NCBI RefSeq assembly: GCF_963921235.1
Contig: NC_086097.1
Location: 83,638,001-83,702,000 of the forward strand
Direction: 5' to 3'
Length of the DNA stretch: 64,000 nucleotides
DNA from: Mobula hypostoma
Lineage: Eukaryota
Part shown: one piece after another, positions 52,101 through 64,000 of the stretch
How the letters are laid out: each line of letters opens with the position of its first letter
Numbering within the stretch: the stretch's first letter is position 1
The notes under the pieces: model-generated
The model's database searches: none
Told to the model about the DNA's origin: nothing
The model's input: the letters and a program-made list of their open reading frames with translations, nothing else
Program-made: the position numbers and the translations under genes

Positions 52101-53855
52101 TGGGTAGTACAACAACTCTCAATCATCACATAAGTCAACCCCTGTCAAGGGCATGATCATCCTGGAACTGGTAAAAATGGGGGGAACTGGAATTTGTGAG
52201 TACAGTGATGTCTCCACTTCCTTTGCCTTTTAGAAAGCCACCTCATACTGCTTTGTCCATTGCCATTTCCTCCCGATCAGTAATGAGTTCAAAGAGTGGA
52301 GCACAATAGCCAGGTTTGACAGGGACCTGTTATAGTCATTGACAAATCCTGAAAAGCGCCATAACTATGATATGTCCTTTGGCCTTGGGGCATCTACTAC
52401 TGCTTGAATTTTCTCAGCACCCTTGTGCGTCAATGATGTGACTACAGTAAGTGATGCTTGGTTTAAAGAATGCACACTTGTCGCTTCATGCTCTGAACCC
52501 ATAATATTCTAATCTTTTTAACACTGTCTTAACATTTTGGTGTAAGCCATATTGCTTGTCTCTTGTTAGTTTTCACATTGTAAACCTTAAGGCTACTCAG
52601 TCCTGTGTCACTCTTCTCATTATCAGATTTTTTATCAACAGATGCTGATTAGTGCTATGTTTGAAATTGCAACATGACGTTTTAGGTTTTTCTCTTCTCT
52701 GTGCAGTCCATTTATTTTTGTCTGCCTGACAAGCTTTGTATGTGCCCTACTTTGTTATATTTTCTGCAAGTTTCACCTTTAAACCTACATCGGTCTGGTG
52801 TATGTGATGCCTTGCCACAAGGGTAACACAGTTTGTTCAGCCAGGCAGGTTTCTATTTAGACATTGCAATTTTGTTCATGCTCGTTTTCATTGTAGCTCA
52901 AATGTATCACTGGCTGCTGTTTCCATTGATATAGCTATTTCAATTGCTCTTCTAAATGTGAGTTGTGCTTCAGTTAGGAGCCATTTTTGAATACTTTCTT
53001 GTAATGCTCCACAACCTAAATGATCTCTCAGTGCATTGTGAAGCCCATCACTGAACCGGCAATGTTCAGACAATTTCTGCAATTCAAACTTGTAAGCTGA
53101 AATGGACTCCCCTTCCTTTTGATTCTGTGTATGAAACCTAAAGTGTTATGCAAAAACAGTGGTTTTAGTTCTAAATGTTCCTACATTACGTTCACAATAT
53201 CAGCAAAGCTCATTTCAGCTGGCTTGGTTAGTGCAGTTAAACTTCTAAGAAAACCATATGCTTTTCCACCCATTGTACTGAGCAACACTGGCATTCATTT
53301 TTCATCGGCTATTTCATTTGCTTCAAAATACTACTCAATTTGTTCAGTATACATCGTTCAGTTATTTATTGTGCACTTGAATGTGTCATTCTTTCCAATG
53401 TATTCAGCCATTTCTGCTTTACTAACATTTATTATTACTATCACCCTGTACTCACTGTTTATGAACCAGTGGCCATACTTGTTGCTTCCTAATTTTTACT
53501 TTGCTTCCTTCTTTCAAAAACTTGAATCTCCCCCTTCCCTTCCAAAGAAAAACATACTGTGCTTCAACAAATAGGTAGTCATCTCAGATTTGTTTCAAAA
53601 CTTCCTCATTAACACTGTTATGTTTTGTAACTCCAGAAATTAATTGAATGAAAACACAGGAACGGGGTTATTTGCCTATGCAGTTTTTCTTTCCTTTTGT
53701 TTTAGTGAGGTGCTCACATATGATGTGGTGGAATAATGACATATGCCATTCACGTACTTCTTGCATATAAGCTTATTGAATTATGTAAACAAACAGAATT
53801 AATCAAAGAATATATTTACAATACTATTCAAATATTACTGAAATATTAAATACAC
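49140..53855 (-). mobile_element. Gypsy/Ty3 LTR retrotransposon, decayed and internally deleted, interrupted by Tc1
   Basis: Direct LTRs 49140-49372 and 53616-53855 (tgttatg...taca); polypurine tract aagggagaag next to the 3' LTR; gag start MAEYIGK (~53410) and CCHC knuckle CYPCGKASHTPDRC (~52790-52830); RT thumb ~52220-52540; integrase LHPWERPALPWQRIQVDFARPF..VVDVATKWPEV (51693-52016). Confidence 0.88.
49457..50937 (+). mobile_element. Tc1-family DNA transposon with long TIRs; transposase pseudogene 49760-50723
   Basis: MKTEEHFKQLCEKIIEKHKSGDGY, WSDETK-like motif, KCGGGCIVLWGCF, QDNDSKH, SQSPDLNPIENLW (DD34E-type), SIKY*; right TIR ends ..tttttataggcactg|TA; 49457-49570 is the inverted match of 50725-50832. 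Confidence 0.92.
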
Positions 53856-55319
53856 TGTATCATTTACTATGAAAAGCATTTGATCACCATTGTGTGTGCA
53901 ATACAAGATTAATTTTTAAAACTGAAAATACTCAATTTCACTAATTCAATACTTATTGCAAACACATGCAATTAAAAACAGGTAAAAAAGAGGTGACTTG
54001 CTTTGGTCTTCTTTGTGGCTGTGGAATATCCATTGATGAACCTCTTGCCATGTACATCCTGGTGCAGGATCTATGAACAAATTCTCCGGCATCAAGTACC
54101 AGGAGATCACAGTAAATCTGTTTTCTGTACAGTGGCAGATGGTGTTTGCAGACTGGATTCAGTTAGGAAGTTTGTGACTTGTTGCTTGGAGTCTGAAATC
54201 TCCTTTTATTTATAGGGCTAAATGCTGGCAAATACAGAGAGTAAATACAAACTCAACGCAAACGTGGCGCGCTTGCTTCACTCTCACACCATCCCATCAG
54301 GTACCTCCTGAAACAGAATCGCTGGGGCCATTCACTGGCCTCCTCAGTCATCTCAACTCACCCAGAACTGTAGAGGGAACAAGTCATCCTTGAATTTGTG
54401 GACTTCCCCTTGGTATTGTTGCCTTTTGACAGTAAGGTTCAACCCACTGTCTTGGAGACTATGCTTCCTCTCAGGAATGAACCCTGAGAATATGGAATAT
54501 TCATTTTGTGTTATTGCCTATAAATGTGGTTTGTGCTATATCCCATGGTGAAGAAATGTATTGAATTCTTGTGTAGAACACAAGATGGTAACTCTCCACA
54601 GTTTCAGACCTTGTATTGTTTGTGCAACCTTGGCTTCATTGCCAATGTAAAAACAAGTCCCAGCACTCCAGAAGTAATTCATTTTGTGAACTGCTCAGAA
54701 TAGTTTCAGCATGACCTGATGGTATAATCGGTGACATTTATACATATTTTGATCTGATTATTGATCAGTTGGTTGTGTGCTCTCTTGTTTGACAGCCTTT
54801 GTTTAAACAGGAAACGATCAGACCGGTGGAACGTTGCCAGAGAGCCTCGTTTGTTTTATCCTGATTATCATTAATGATTTCTTTCAGCCTATATTTCTCT
54901 TGTGAATGCCCTGTTTAGAATACATCAGGCTTGCAATCTTTTAGTTACAGAGTATTAAATATCAATTATTTTTCTTTATAATGAGCAGTGAAGTGGTTTT
55001 CTGTACACTGGAAGCATTCATGGTGTAATTAATATTTGGAATATTAACTATTGCTACAAACTTATGGAAATGCAGGAGCTGCTTATTCCCTATTATGGAA
55101 CTTGAGTCTACTGTCTGACCATATGTTGTAATGAGATTAGAACAGATCAAAATTGGGATCATGTACTTAAAAAAAGAAAGCTGCTTGAATATTTACTGAA
55201 ACTTCTTCGCCTATTTCCAGAATTATTTTTATTGTAAATATAAGCATGTTGGGGTGTGAATCTGAAGTGTATTCCATAAACAGTAAAGCTGCATTCTGAT
55301 CTCAAAGCTATTTCATAGA

Positions 55320-55615
55320 GGCCATTTGCTCCATCAAGACTGTGCTAGCTATAGATCAATTCTGTTTCTCCACATATCCCTGGATTCTGTCCTCATTCCA
55401 TGCACACTTAAACTCTACCCCGCCCCCCCACCACCCCAGCAGACCACCAATCAATTCCACTCTGTCCTGCCACCATATCTGGGGAATTGACATCAAACAA
55501 TTAACCGACCACCAGTATGTCTCTGAAGTGTGGGAGGAAACTGCAGGACCATAGTTCAGGATTTAACCTGGCTCACCGAAGCTGTGAAGCACCAGTTTGG
55601 GGTGCAGTGCCACTG
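55320..55615 (-). mobile_element. V-SINE-like SINE, degenerate
   Basis: gtgtgggaggaaactgcag..caggatttaacctgg..gctgtgaagcacc..gtgccactg. Confidence 0.55.
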
Positions 55616-56337
55616 TTAGTACAAAAAATCAGAGCAGAGTAGCAGAAGAGATGCTCTGTAAGAAAACTGGAATGCCATGAAAAGCCTTGCACTTTGGTGG
55701 AGCAATACTCAGCGACATTGAATCAGTGTTGTGTGCAGAGTGTTCAGGCTATGCTCTCTCACAAATTTTCAGCATGTTTCAGGACTTAAGATACCCTTGA
55801 TCTAATACTTTTTGACTGGCTTTAGTTAGATGAGGCCAGTATGTGAGAAAGCCATTCAGGAAGATGGATATTTGGGCTAAGACTTGTGGCTAAGCTGCCT
55901 TTAGCAGAAGGGAACTTTTTAAGTTCTTTCCGGCTTGGATTTTGTTCAGGTGGAATGCTGACACTGCTGTCATTATCTAGATTGGCTGAAAAGCCGACGC
56001 AGAAATACATCCCACTCCTGAAAATGTAATAGAGGTCTTACCAAACAATTCTCCATTTAATAGCACATTCTATCAAGGGTTCAGGCATCTTAATGTCATC
56101 TTCACAGTGACTTCCTTCATTGCAATTTCTAGCAGTGTGAATCATTGGCCTACTTGTTGAGTGACTGATTTGATAGATTGTGAGGGTCAGTAGGTTTTGT
56201 ATCCAGTCCCTGGCAGGCTCTGGTTTGATCTGCTCTATTCTAAGAATTGGGCAGTGTGTTACTTTGGATCAATGGGTTCTCGGTTATGGAAAGGAAAATG
56301 AGTTCTGCATTGGTTTCTGGAGTCATTTGGAGAATCA

Positions 56338-56972
56338 ATCTCTCTTCTCGCTGCTGCCATTAGAAAGAAGGTACAGGAGCCTCAGGGCTCTCACCACCAA
56401 GTTCAGGAAAAGTTATTACCCCTCAACCATCAGACTATTGAACCAGTGAGAATAACTTCATTCAACTTCTCTTGCACCATTACTGAACTGTTCCTACAAT
56501 CTGTGGATTGACTTTTTAAGACTCTTTGTCTCACGTTCTCAATATTTATTGTTTTTCATTAATTTTATTTATTTATTTAGCAATACAGTCTGGAGTTGGC
56601 CCCTCCAGCCCTCTGAACCACACCACCCCAGCAACCCCCTACAAACCCAATGAACCCTCACCTAATCAAGGAACAAGTAACCTACCTGGTACATTGTTAG
56701 ACTGTGAGAGGAAAACGGAGAACCCAGAGAAACCCCACGCATTCCATGGGGGGGGGACGTACGGAGACTGCTTAAACTATGGCACTCTAGAACACCTCAA
56801 GCTGTATTTGTGCAGCTTGTTGTCTTTTGCACATTGGTTGTTTGTCAGCCCTGTTGGGTGCAGTCTTTCATTGATTCTGTTATGGTTCTTCGATTTACTG
56901 AGTGTGCCTGCAAGCAAATGAATTTCAGGGTTACATATATGTACAGAACTTTGATAACTAATTTACTTTGAA
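56338..56972 (+). mobile_element. Rex1/Babar 3' end with a minus-strand SINE nested at ~56565-56800
   Basis: LFSLLPLERRYRSLRALTTKFRKSYYPSTIRLLN and tail gataactaatttactttgaa match 5440-5803; the inserted piece has gaggaaaacggagaacccagagaaaccccacg. Confidence 0.75.
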
Positions 56973-59344
56973 TATTGAACAAGTTAATGTTCTTCAGGGA
57001 AGCAAGTATGTCGTCATTGCACTGTTTGTTCAACAGTTGGCTGCCTTCTTCATTTCAGTGACAATAAGAAATGTGTAATATCCTGCCACTGCCAGTTCTG
57101 GGCATATTCATGTGGTAAATAGTAATACTTATTGATAGGACTTGCATGCGGTGAAAGGAATTTAGTAGTGATCTAGAGGACAGTACAAGATTGTGATGGA
57201 CAACATTAAAGTGGAAACTCTGCAACAGGACTGCAAGGCTCTGAGAATTCCGCGATGAATGATCTTTCTCTCCCTGTACTGATCCACCTTCCATACAGAA
57301 GAAAAGCTGAAGAGCTTGGACGAACAACGAGCACACGGTGAAATACATGACGAGGCAGATGCTAACCCGCAGCTGCTTCTTTCTGAAGAACACAGAGCCA
57401 AATGGAAGGCGATAGTTTGACTTCATCATATCCTATCATACCCTGACATATCCAAGAAGGCACTTAACTGTGTAGGATTGGCTTTGTTTATTTATGTACT
57501 TGCCTGAGGCTTCATACTATATACAAAATCTTAAATCAGTCTCAACCTACTCTAAATCTTCCTTCATTTGTTTGAATTTTCTGTAAAATCCATAGGATAT
57601 GGAAGCTTTACCTTTTAAGGTAATTGGGCTCATGCACCCCTTTACTTTTCAAGTAGGAAATGCCATGAACAGCCATCTGCTTATTTTCAGAGGCCAAGAT
57701 TAGTACTGATCTCGGCTATAGTTAGGACGTGCATGTGTTTTATGTGTGTTTGAGTGATGACCTGTATTTCAAATGCACATTGGTGCTTTTTTCCTACCAA
57801 GGTGATTTTCAAATCCATTCTCCATTGCCTGCTGCATTCAGTGGACATTACGGGTTCCATATTTCTTTGAGTGGGTAGTTTCTATCAGCCCACTGATTCT
57901 CTGCTGCCTCACAGAGCAGTTTCATTTCACCCACTACCACTAATGTCTTCCCCTGCAACCTATTCTCCCCACATGTTGCCCCAGATTCTATCCCTTGCCC
58001 ACAAATTTATGGTGGCCATTTCAGCTACCGTTCAGACTGCAGGGATATCATACTGCCCACAGAGATGGGTCCAGAGATGAGAATTGAGCCCCCGTTCGCA
58101 GGAGCTATAACTCTATTAGCAGCACCATTGTGCCACCCATTATACCCTAGCTGACATCTTTGCTTTTAACATCAGTTACAGGGACTCCGGTTAGGTCCTG
58201 GGCTTTGAGGGGAGAAATCATTGGAGCCTGCAGCCACAAGTGTGTGCTGGCAGGACTGAGCCAAGCTGAGAAGGCTCTTTGTGACGGCAGCGAAATGTAT
58301 AAACTGTTTTCACTTTCAGAGGTGGTGAAGTAATATTGGGAGGAGGTCACTGGGGAAAATTCTCTGATGGAAAGTGAAGAAGCAACAAGTAGCTTTTGAA
58401 AATGTGTTGATGCAATGCTTGAACAATGCATCTTTCTTCAGGTAGTGTCCAGGGAGGGAGAGTGAGCTGCAGGGACACAAGTGGGGAAAGCAGAATTGCT
58501 TTGGGGACTAATCAGAGGGTCCAGGCAGTACAGTGATTGTCTTTGTTCACTGTGCCCCATACTCCCTTACCTCTCCTGCTTCATCCAAAGTATTCCAACT
58601 CCTTACTTTAACACGGTTAGGACACAGAGCTTCTTGTTATTTTTGCCATAAGGAAGCAAAAGCGTAAGATTCAGATTTTTGATTTAGATTGTATTTGCTG
58701 CAGATTTTGAGAGCATTTTTCTATATAGGTGCTTCCAATTTTGATTTTGTGATGCATGTGACATTTGAAACCAAATTCATCTGGGTCAACTAACAGTTTT
58801 TTGGGTCACATATGTAGCTGAAATAACTACATATGACTGTCAGAAGAATGTTTGGGATATCAGTTTTGTGTTCTGTTCACTTTGATACAAGCACATGATG
58901 TTCATTCTTTTTTGACTGTTGGAATTCTGGAAATGTGATTTGTTTTGTTGCTTTATACTTCAATACAGCTTGCTGCTCCATTGTTGGGATCGAGATTGGA
59001 TCAGTAAATATTCTAACGCAGAATTATAATTTTCCATCTGGTTTTAAACTTACGATTGCTGTCTTAGGTTTGGTACAGTTGAAAATTAATTACTTTCTGC
59101 ACCTACAATCTGTTGTCGATGGTTACCTCAGCACATGTACAGGCCCTTGGCCACATTGCTGTGTGGACTGTGACTCCAATTTAACTAATCCCCTCAACCT
59201 GCACGTGGTCCACATCCCACTTCCCCTACCTGTTCACTTGCTTGTCTAAATGCCTCTTAAACATTGCATTGTATCTACTGCTGAATGGTGACAACGCAGC
59301 AGGGTTTAATATCAACTGGTTTAATTGTGCCCTTCTGCCTTGCT

Positions 59345-60250
59345 ACTTTCAAAATCAGCTTTAATATCACTGGTAGATGTTGTGAAATTTGTTGTTTTGC
59401 AGCAGCAGTACAATGCAATAGATAATAAAAAACTAAAGTACACTATATAAAAATTAAATTAAAGACAAAGTGTAAAAACAGAGGGAAAAAATAATGAGGT
59501 AGTTAGTGTCACGGGTTCACCGTCCATTCAGAAATCTGATGGCGACGGGGAGGGAGCTGTTCCTGAAACCTTGATTGTGTGTCTTCAGGTTCCTCTATCT
59601 GCTCCTTGAAGGTAGCAGTGAGAAGAGGGGCTTTTTCAAGCATTGCCTTTCGAAGGTGTCCTCGATTATGGGGAGGCTAGTGGCCACGATGGAGCTGGCC
59701 AAGTTTATAACTTTCTGCGGCTTTTCCCAATCCTGTGCGATGGTGATGCTACCAGTTAGAATGCCCTCCATGGTACTTTTGTTGCAATTTGTAAGTGACT
59801 TATCTAGTCTCCTCAAACTTCTAATGAAATAGGGCTGCCATCATACGTTCTTTGTAAGTGCATCAGTATGTTGGGCCCAGGATAGATCTTCACAGATGTT
59901 GACACCCAGGAACTTGAAACTGCTTTTCCTTTCCACTGGACTGGTGTGTTTTCCCTTGACTCCTCTTTCCTGAAGTCTACACTCAGTTCCTTGGCCTTAC
60001 TGATGTTGAGTGCGAGGTTGTTGCTGCGACACCATTCAACCAGTTGAGCTGTCTCACTCCTGTACGTCTTGTCACCATCTGAAATCCTGCCAACAATAGT
60101 TGTGTCATTGGCAAATTTATAGATAGCAGTGAGCCGTGCCGAGCCAGAGTTGTGGGTGTAGAGAGAGTAGGGCCATGGGCTAAGCTTGTATCCTTGAGGT
60201 GTGCCAGTGTTGATAGTCAGCGAGGAGGTGATGTTTATTTCCCATCTGCA
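59345..60250 (-). mobile_element. Rex1/Babar LINE RT/3' fragment
   Basis: INTGTPQG..SLYT..IYKFANDTTIVGRISDGD..LVEWCRSNNLALNISKAKEL; LFSLLPSRSR. Confidence 0.85.
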
Positions 60251-61554
60251 CAAATTTCCAACTTGCTTGTCATAATTATGAAGACCCTCTTTTTTAAAAA
60301 AAAATTCTATGGTTGATTGTTACCTCCCAGTAGTGCTTGAAATCTTTGTGTGGTGCCAGCCAATTGACAGCTTTATTCATGAATCAGAATCAGGTTTATT
60401 CAATCTTGGCAAATCTTGGTCTTTGTTTCTTATCCTGTCATTTTACTCAATGCAACTCCTTCCTCTATTGAGGAATAAAAATAATTACGCAGGCATATTG
60501 TTTGCAGTCTATACTCTGTTACCACCTCTGTCTCCTGCACAAAGAAGTACTTGTAGTGAGCTTGCTATTTAAAATGAGTGCAATCCCTTGCTTGCCTCTT
60601 GTGCACTTACTGAAAGGTCCAGCCACTTGATTGCATTCGTGTTGTGCGTGCACGTAAATCCTCCATCTTATTCTGCACAATTGGTGCAGCCCTTCCTTGC
60701 GTATTAAGGGACTAAATGTGTAAAGACACTATCCAAGCCTACATAAATACCGTAAAACCTCAAATTGTGTGTAAACCATTCAGTGCCGGCCGAGCTGTCA
60801 AATCTCCTTAAATCTTTGGTCTCAGAAGACTCCCATGAACAAAGTTGAGCTGAAAATGCTAGGATTTTTGTGTATTTGATAAAATAAATATATTAGCTTT
60901 GTGTAATTCAACTACTTTTGGCTTAGTGCAGCCAGCACCTGAACCGTTATAATAACATGTCTATTAAGTTCATACAGTAAGACTGCTGTTGCAGCAGTTC
61001 TTTCATGCAGCATCTGTTTGGAAGATGCTTGAAGACTCCAATAGAATATTTTTTGAGGATCAAAGCTCAGTGGCCTTATTATTTATTCAACTATTGTCTG
61101 TTCGTTAAATCAATGCATTTGCTTCATTTGCCACCCTTCATAAACGCATTCTCTTCAATGGAATAGCTTACTGTGCTGTGCACAAAATTCTGCGCAAGAT
61201 GTGTCTTTTTTTCCTGCACAGTTTTTCTTCTCTTAAATTGGAAGGGAAGTGAAGTGTGTTAATTAGCTGCTATGTCTGTGTGTGTGTAAGAATAAAGTAA
61301 ATAAATGCTTCCTTTCCAACCCCATTCACGGCTGACATCAAAAAGGTTCATTGAGTTTAGAAGATACTCTTTATCTTCCTGCTCCACAAGCTGTCTACAT
61401 TCTGTTGTTATGAATATCATAAATTGAGGGACTCTTGTGCATTAATGGAGGAATCTTTTGCATGAACTCGCCATTTCTTCTCTTTGTAATTCCTCCTAAA
61501 AAGATGCCCAACAAATCTTTAATTTTAGAATTACCACACTTCTGTGAAGCAATT

Positions 61555-62450
61555 TCTTCAAGGTTCAAAGTACATTTATTATTGAAGTGTGTATAGTATA
61601 TACAACCTTGAGATTTGCCTCCTTACAGGCAGCCACAAAGCAAAGAAACCCAATAGAACCCATTCTTACAAAAATAGACCAAATGTGCAAGGAAAAAAAG
61701 TGTAAACAATAAAAGTAAGCAAATAACATTCAAAACTGAAGTTCATGAACATGAGTCCACAGCCATGAAGCCTGTCACAGCCAATCCAGGCTGTGCTAGT
61801 TGCAAGCCACAGCCTCAGTTCAGCGCAGAGACCAGTAAATCTTGAGGACAGTGAGCTGAACACCAAACCATCCCTCGCCAACACCCAACACCCTGACCAT
61901 TTCAATCTGGCCCAGTGCTCAAATTGGCCAGACCTCGGGTCATTCCACCCTCTTGGACCTGGGCCCTGCCACCACAATTCGGCCTGTACCCTGCCACCTC
62001 AATTCGGCCTGGGCCCTGCCACTTTGATGCACTCTCGGGCCTATTGGCTCGATTCAGCCCGCACCTGACTGGTGACTTTTTCAATCTGACCTGGCTCTTG
62101 AATCAGCCAAATAGTGGCTCTTCCCTTGCTCTCAGGCCTTCAAATTGCCTCCAAATCTGCTCCAGCAATGGACAAACATTGGCTTATTTTCTGTTCTTGG
62201 GCCCGAACCAGGCCCTGCCATCTTGATTCGGCCTCTAAACGGCATGCTACAAGCGTACTATACCTTCGCAACTTCAGTTCACAACCACAAAAATGCCAGG
62301 TCATACAGATGTTCGAAAACTCAATTCCAAAAGAGAAGTCACAGGCTATTGGTTGCAGTAATCATTTTTGAGAAAAAAATAAAAGTAGTTAATGGTTGTG
62401 TTTGCTTCCAGCAAGACGTTGTTGTGCTTCACCAAAAACCATCATAAACT
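61555..62450 (-). mobile_element. non-autonomous Rex1-tailed element with internal ~25-bp GC-rich tandem repeat
   Basis: Tail ttcaaggttcaaagtacatttatt; repeat unit (g/t)(g/a)ccctgccacc(a/t)caattcggcctg, about 2.5 copies at 61957-62021 plus degenerate copies nearby. Confidence 0.5.
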
Positions 62451-62454
62451 GGGA

Positions 62455-62585
62455 ATCGGGAGTATCAGCCCAAAATGTCGACTGTTTTATTCGTTTCCAT
62501 AAATGCAGCCTGACCTGCTGAGTTCATTCAGCATTTTGTGCATATTTGCTTTGGATTTTTAGCTTCTGCAGATTTTCTCCAGTTT
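62455..62585 (+). mobile_element. Penelope-like 3' tail, degenerate hammerhead half
   Basis: cagcccaaaatgtcgactg..tgcagcctgacctgctgagttc..cagcattttgtg..tctgcagatt. Confidence 0.65.
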
Positions 62586-64000
62586 ATGAACTTCTTCATA
62601 GGAGTAGACAATGTAAACTTGCACAGATCAGGATCTCTTAGAATGGGTAATTTCTGAACAATATAAATGTTCCATTCTCTGATTAATATCTTCTGCTTAA
62701 TAAACATCTGTCAGTTTCAGATGTAATCTTAAATCATCCTCTTTCAGAGATTTGTAGGTCTGTGGAATTCCGAAGGGCAATGTCTACTCAAGAAAGTGAG
62801 TGATAGTGTTTTTAGACATGAAGGTAATCAAGGAATGTTAGAAAGTGTTGATGAGGTAAAAGATTACTCATCATGGTATTGAATGCCAGGGCAGGCTCAA
62901 GGTGCTGAATAGGTGATCCTACTTTGTTTCTTAAGCACTCCCTGTGGCCTTTTTTGTTAACGTTTGCACTTTTTTCTCTTTCCAGTTTTGCCATGTCACA
63001 ATTAGCAGACAGTGATTGAGCTACACACCTTGCTTGTAATCTGCGGTTATAGCTGGTAGCTCAGTCTGATATCAACTACTTGGCCTGTGGCAATTTGCCT
63101 TCAATGACTGAGGAGCATTCATCTGTGCAGAGTATCACATCAGCTAGTGATCTTCCCCAAGTCCCATAACATCAGATTTTTTTTTGCTCTTTCTTTCTTT
63201 CCACCTCACTCTCTTTGCCCTCTATAGATATTCTGGCCACTGAGAGTGCTGTCAATGATCTGATTAGTGATAAAGGACCGTGGTCTGTGGAAAAAGTCCT
63301 GGAGAATAAAAGCACACAGTTGCTGCCCCTGATTTCTGACACTTGTCATTTTTGGCTTGTAAAAATTCTGTCCTTCCTCATTTCTGTGCTGAGGCAGAGT
63401 CAGAAATCCAACTGGAAGGGTTTGTATGTGAAGATGGGAAAGATTTAGTGGAAGACAGAACATTGGTGAAAAAAAGTTACCAGGTCAGGAGGTAGGAAGG
63501 CAGCTTTCGGGAGGAGTTCATGGCTGTGAGTTTGAGAGGGGCACTGTGCTGAAGGGAAGGGATTCCTTGCCCTAACTCGCTGCCACGTGTGCTTAGCTGC
63601 CAGCATTTCTTCCAGCTACCTCTATAGAGAAGTAGCACTGAAATGCAAATTGTTCCAATTCGATAATTGTAAGAATTTAATCATAGTTGTAATCCCACTA
63701 GATCAATTAAAGACCATCACTAGTAAATCACATGTTTCCCTGAATAGTTGGCAATACTCTGTCCAGTCTAAGTGGCCCCAGATGAACATCTGCCAAGAAA
63801 TCTGTGTTTATTCTATTGTAAACACAAGGGATTGAATCAGACTTGGATTTGGATCTTAGCAGTATGTTTTTAAAAAAAATGAACTATCCACACCTAGTTA
63901 TGTGGAATGGTGAGCAGCGTTCATTTCAGTGATAGTCTGAAGCCCTGAGTGTCGAGTCAATGCATTGCAGCTGAAGCACCTCGGGCTCTGATTACGTTAA

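Larger units (their letters stand above)
12810..64000 (+). other. alpha-actinin intron 1 (GC donor AAG|GCAAGT), extending beyond the window
   Basis: Donor at 12810-12815; I could not find exon 2 (TFTAWCNSHLRK...) by eye or in the ORF track, though that exon is short enough to be missed by the track. Confidence 0.7.

Noticed and set aside
61900-62240. CRISPR-like or regularly spaced repeat array
   Set aside because: Head-to-tail minisatellite without unique spacers, in a eukaryotic repeat element.
1-64000. Remaining 60-150 aa ORFs, and tRNA/rRNA genes
   Set aside because: The ORFs have no recognisable domains or are antisense/alternate frames of TEs; tRNA-like boxes occur only as decayed SINE heads.

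Overview
This is eukaryotic (vertebrate) genomic DNA. The repeat content (CR1, Rex1/Babar, Penelope/Neptune, V-SINE and Deu-SINE families) suggests a cartilaginous fish, but that is an inference. The only host gene is on the + strand: a CpG-rich, TATA-less promoter (~12.4-12.7 kb) and coding exon 1 of a non-muscle alpha-actinin (12699-12809, most like ACTN1). Exon 1 ends at a non-canonical GC splice donor. I found no exon 2, so the remaining ~51 kb appears to be intron 1. The rest is mostly decayed transposable elements: CR1, Rex1/Babar, L2 and RTE LINEs, SINEs, a hAT MITE, a ~70-bp Tc1-type MITE, and a Tc1 transposon nested in an internally deleted Gypsy LTR element. The most interesting signal is a family of Penelope-like (Neptune-type, GIY-YIG) retroelements. 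They carry minimal type-I hammerhead ribozyme motifs and repeatedly insert as head-to-head fold-backs with both 3' ends facing outward, bounded by target-site duplications (TSDs). Examples are a young 1.97-kb copy with ~530-bp inverted arms and a 15-bp TSD inside the intron, a 227-bp ORF-less hairpin copy with an 11-bp TSD upstream of the promoter, and older decayed pairs. Penelope hammerheads and inverted pLTRs are known in general. The specific architecture here, and a sense-strand ribozyme inside a host pre-mRNA, are what merit follow-up. Most short ORFs in the track are spurious or TE-derived. Boundaries of old repeats are approximate.
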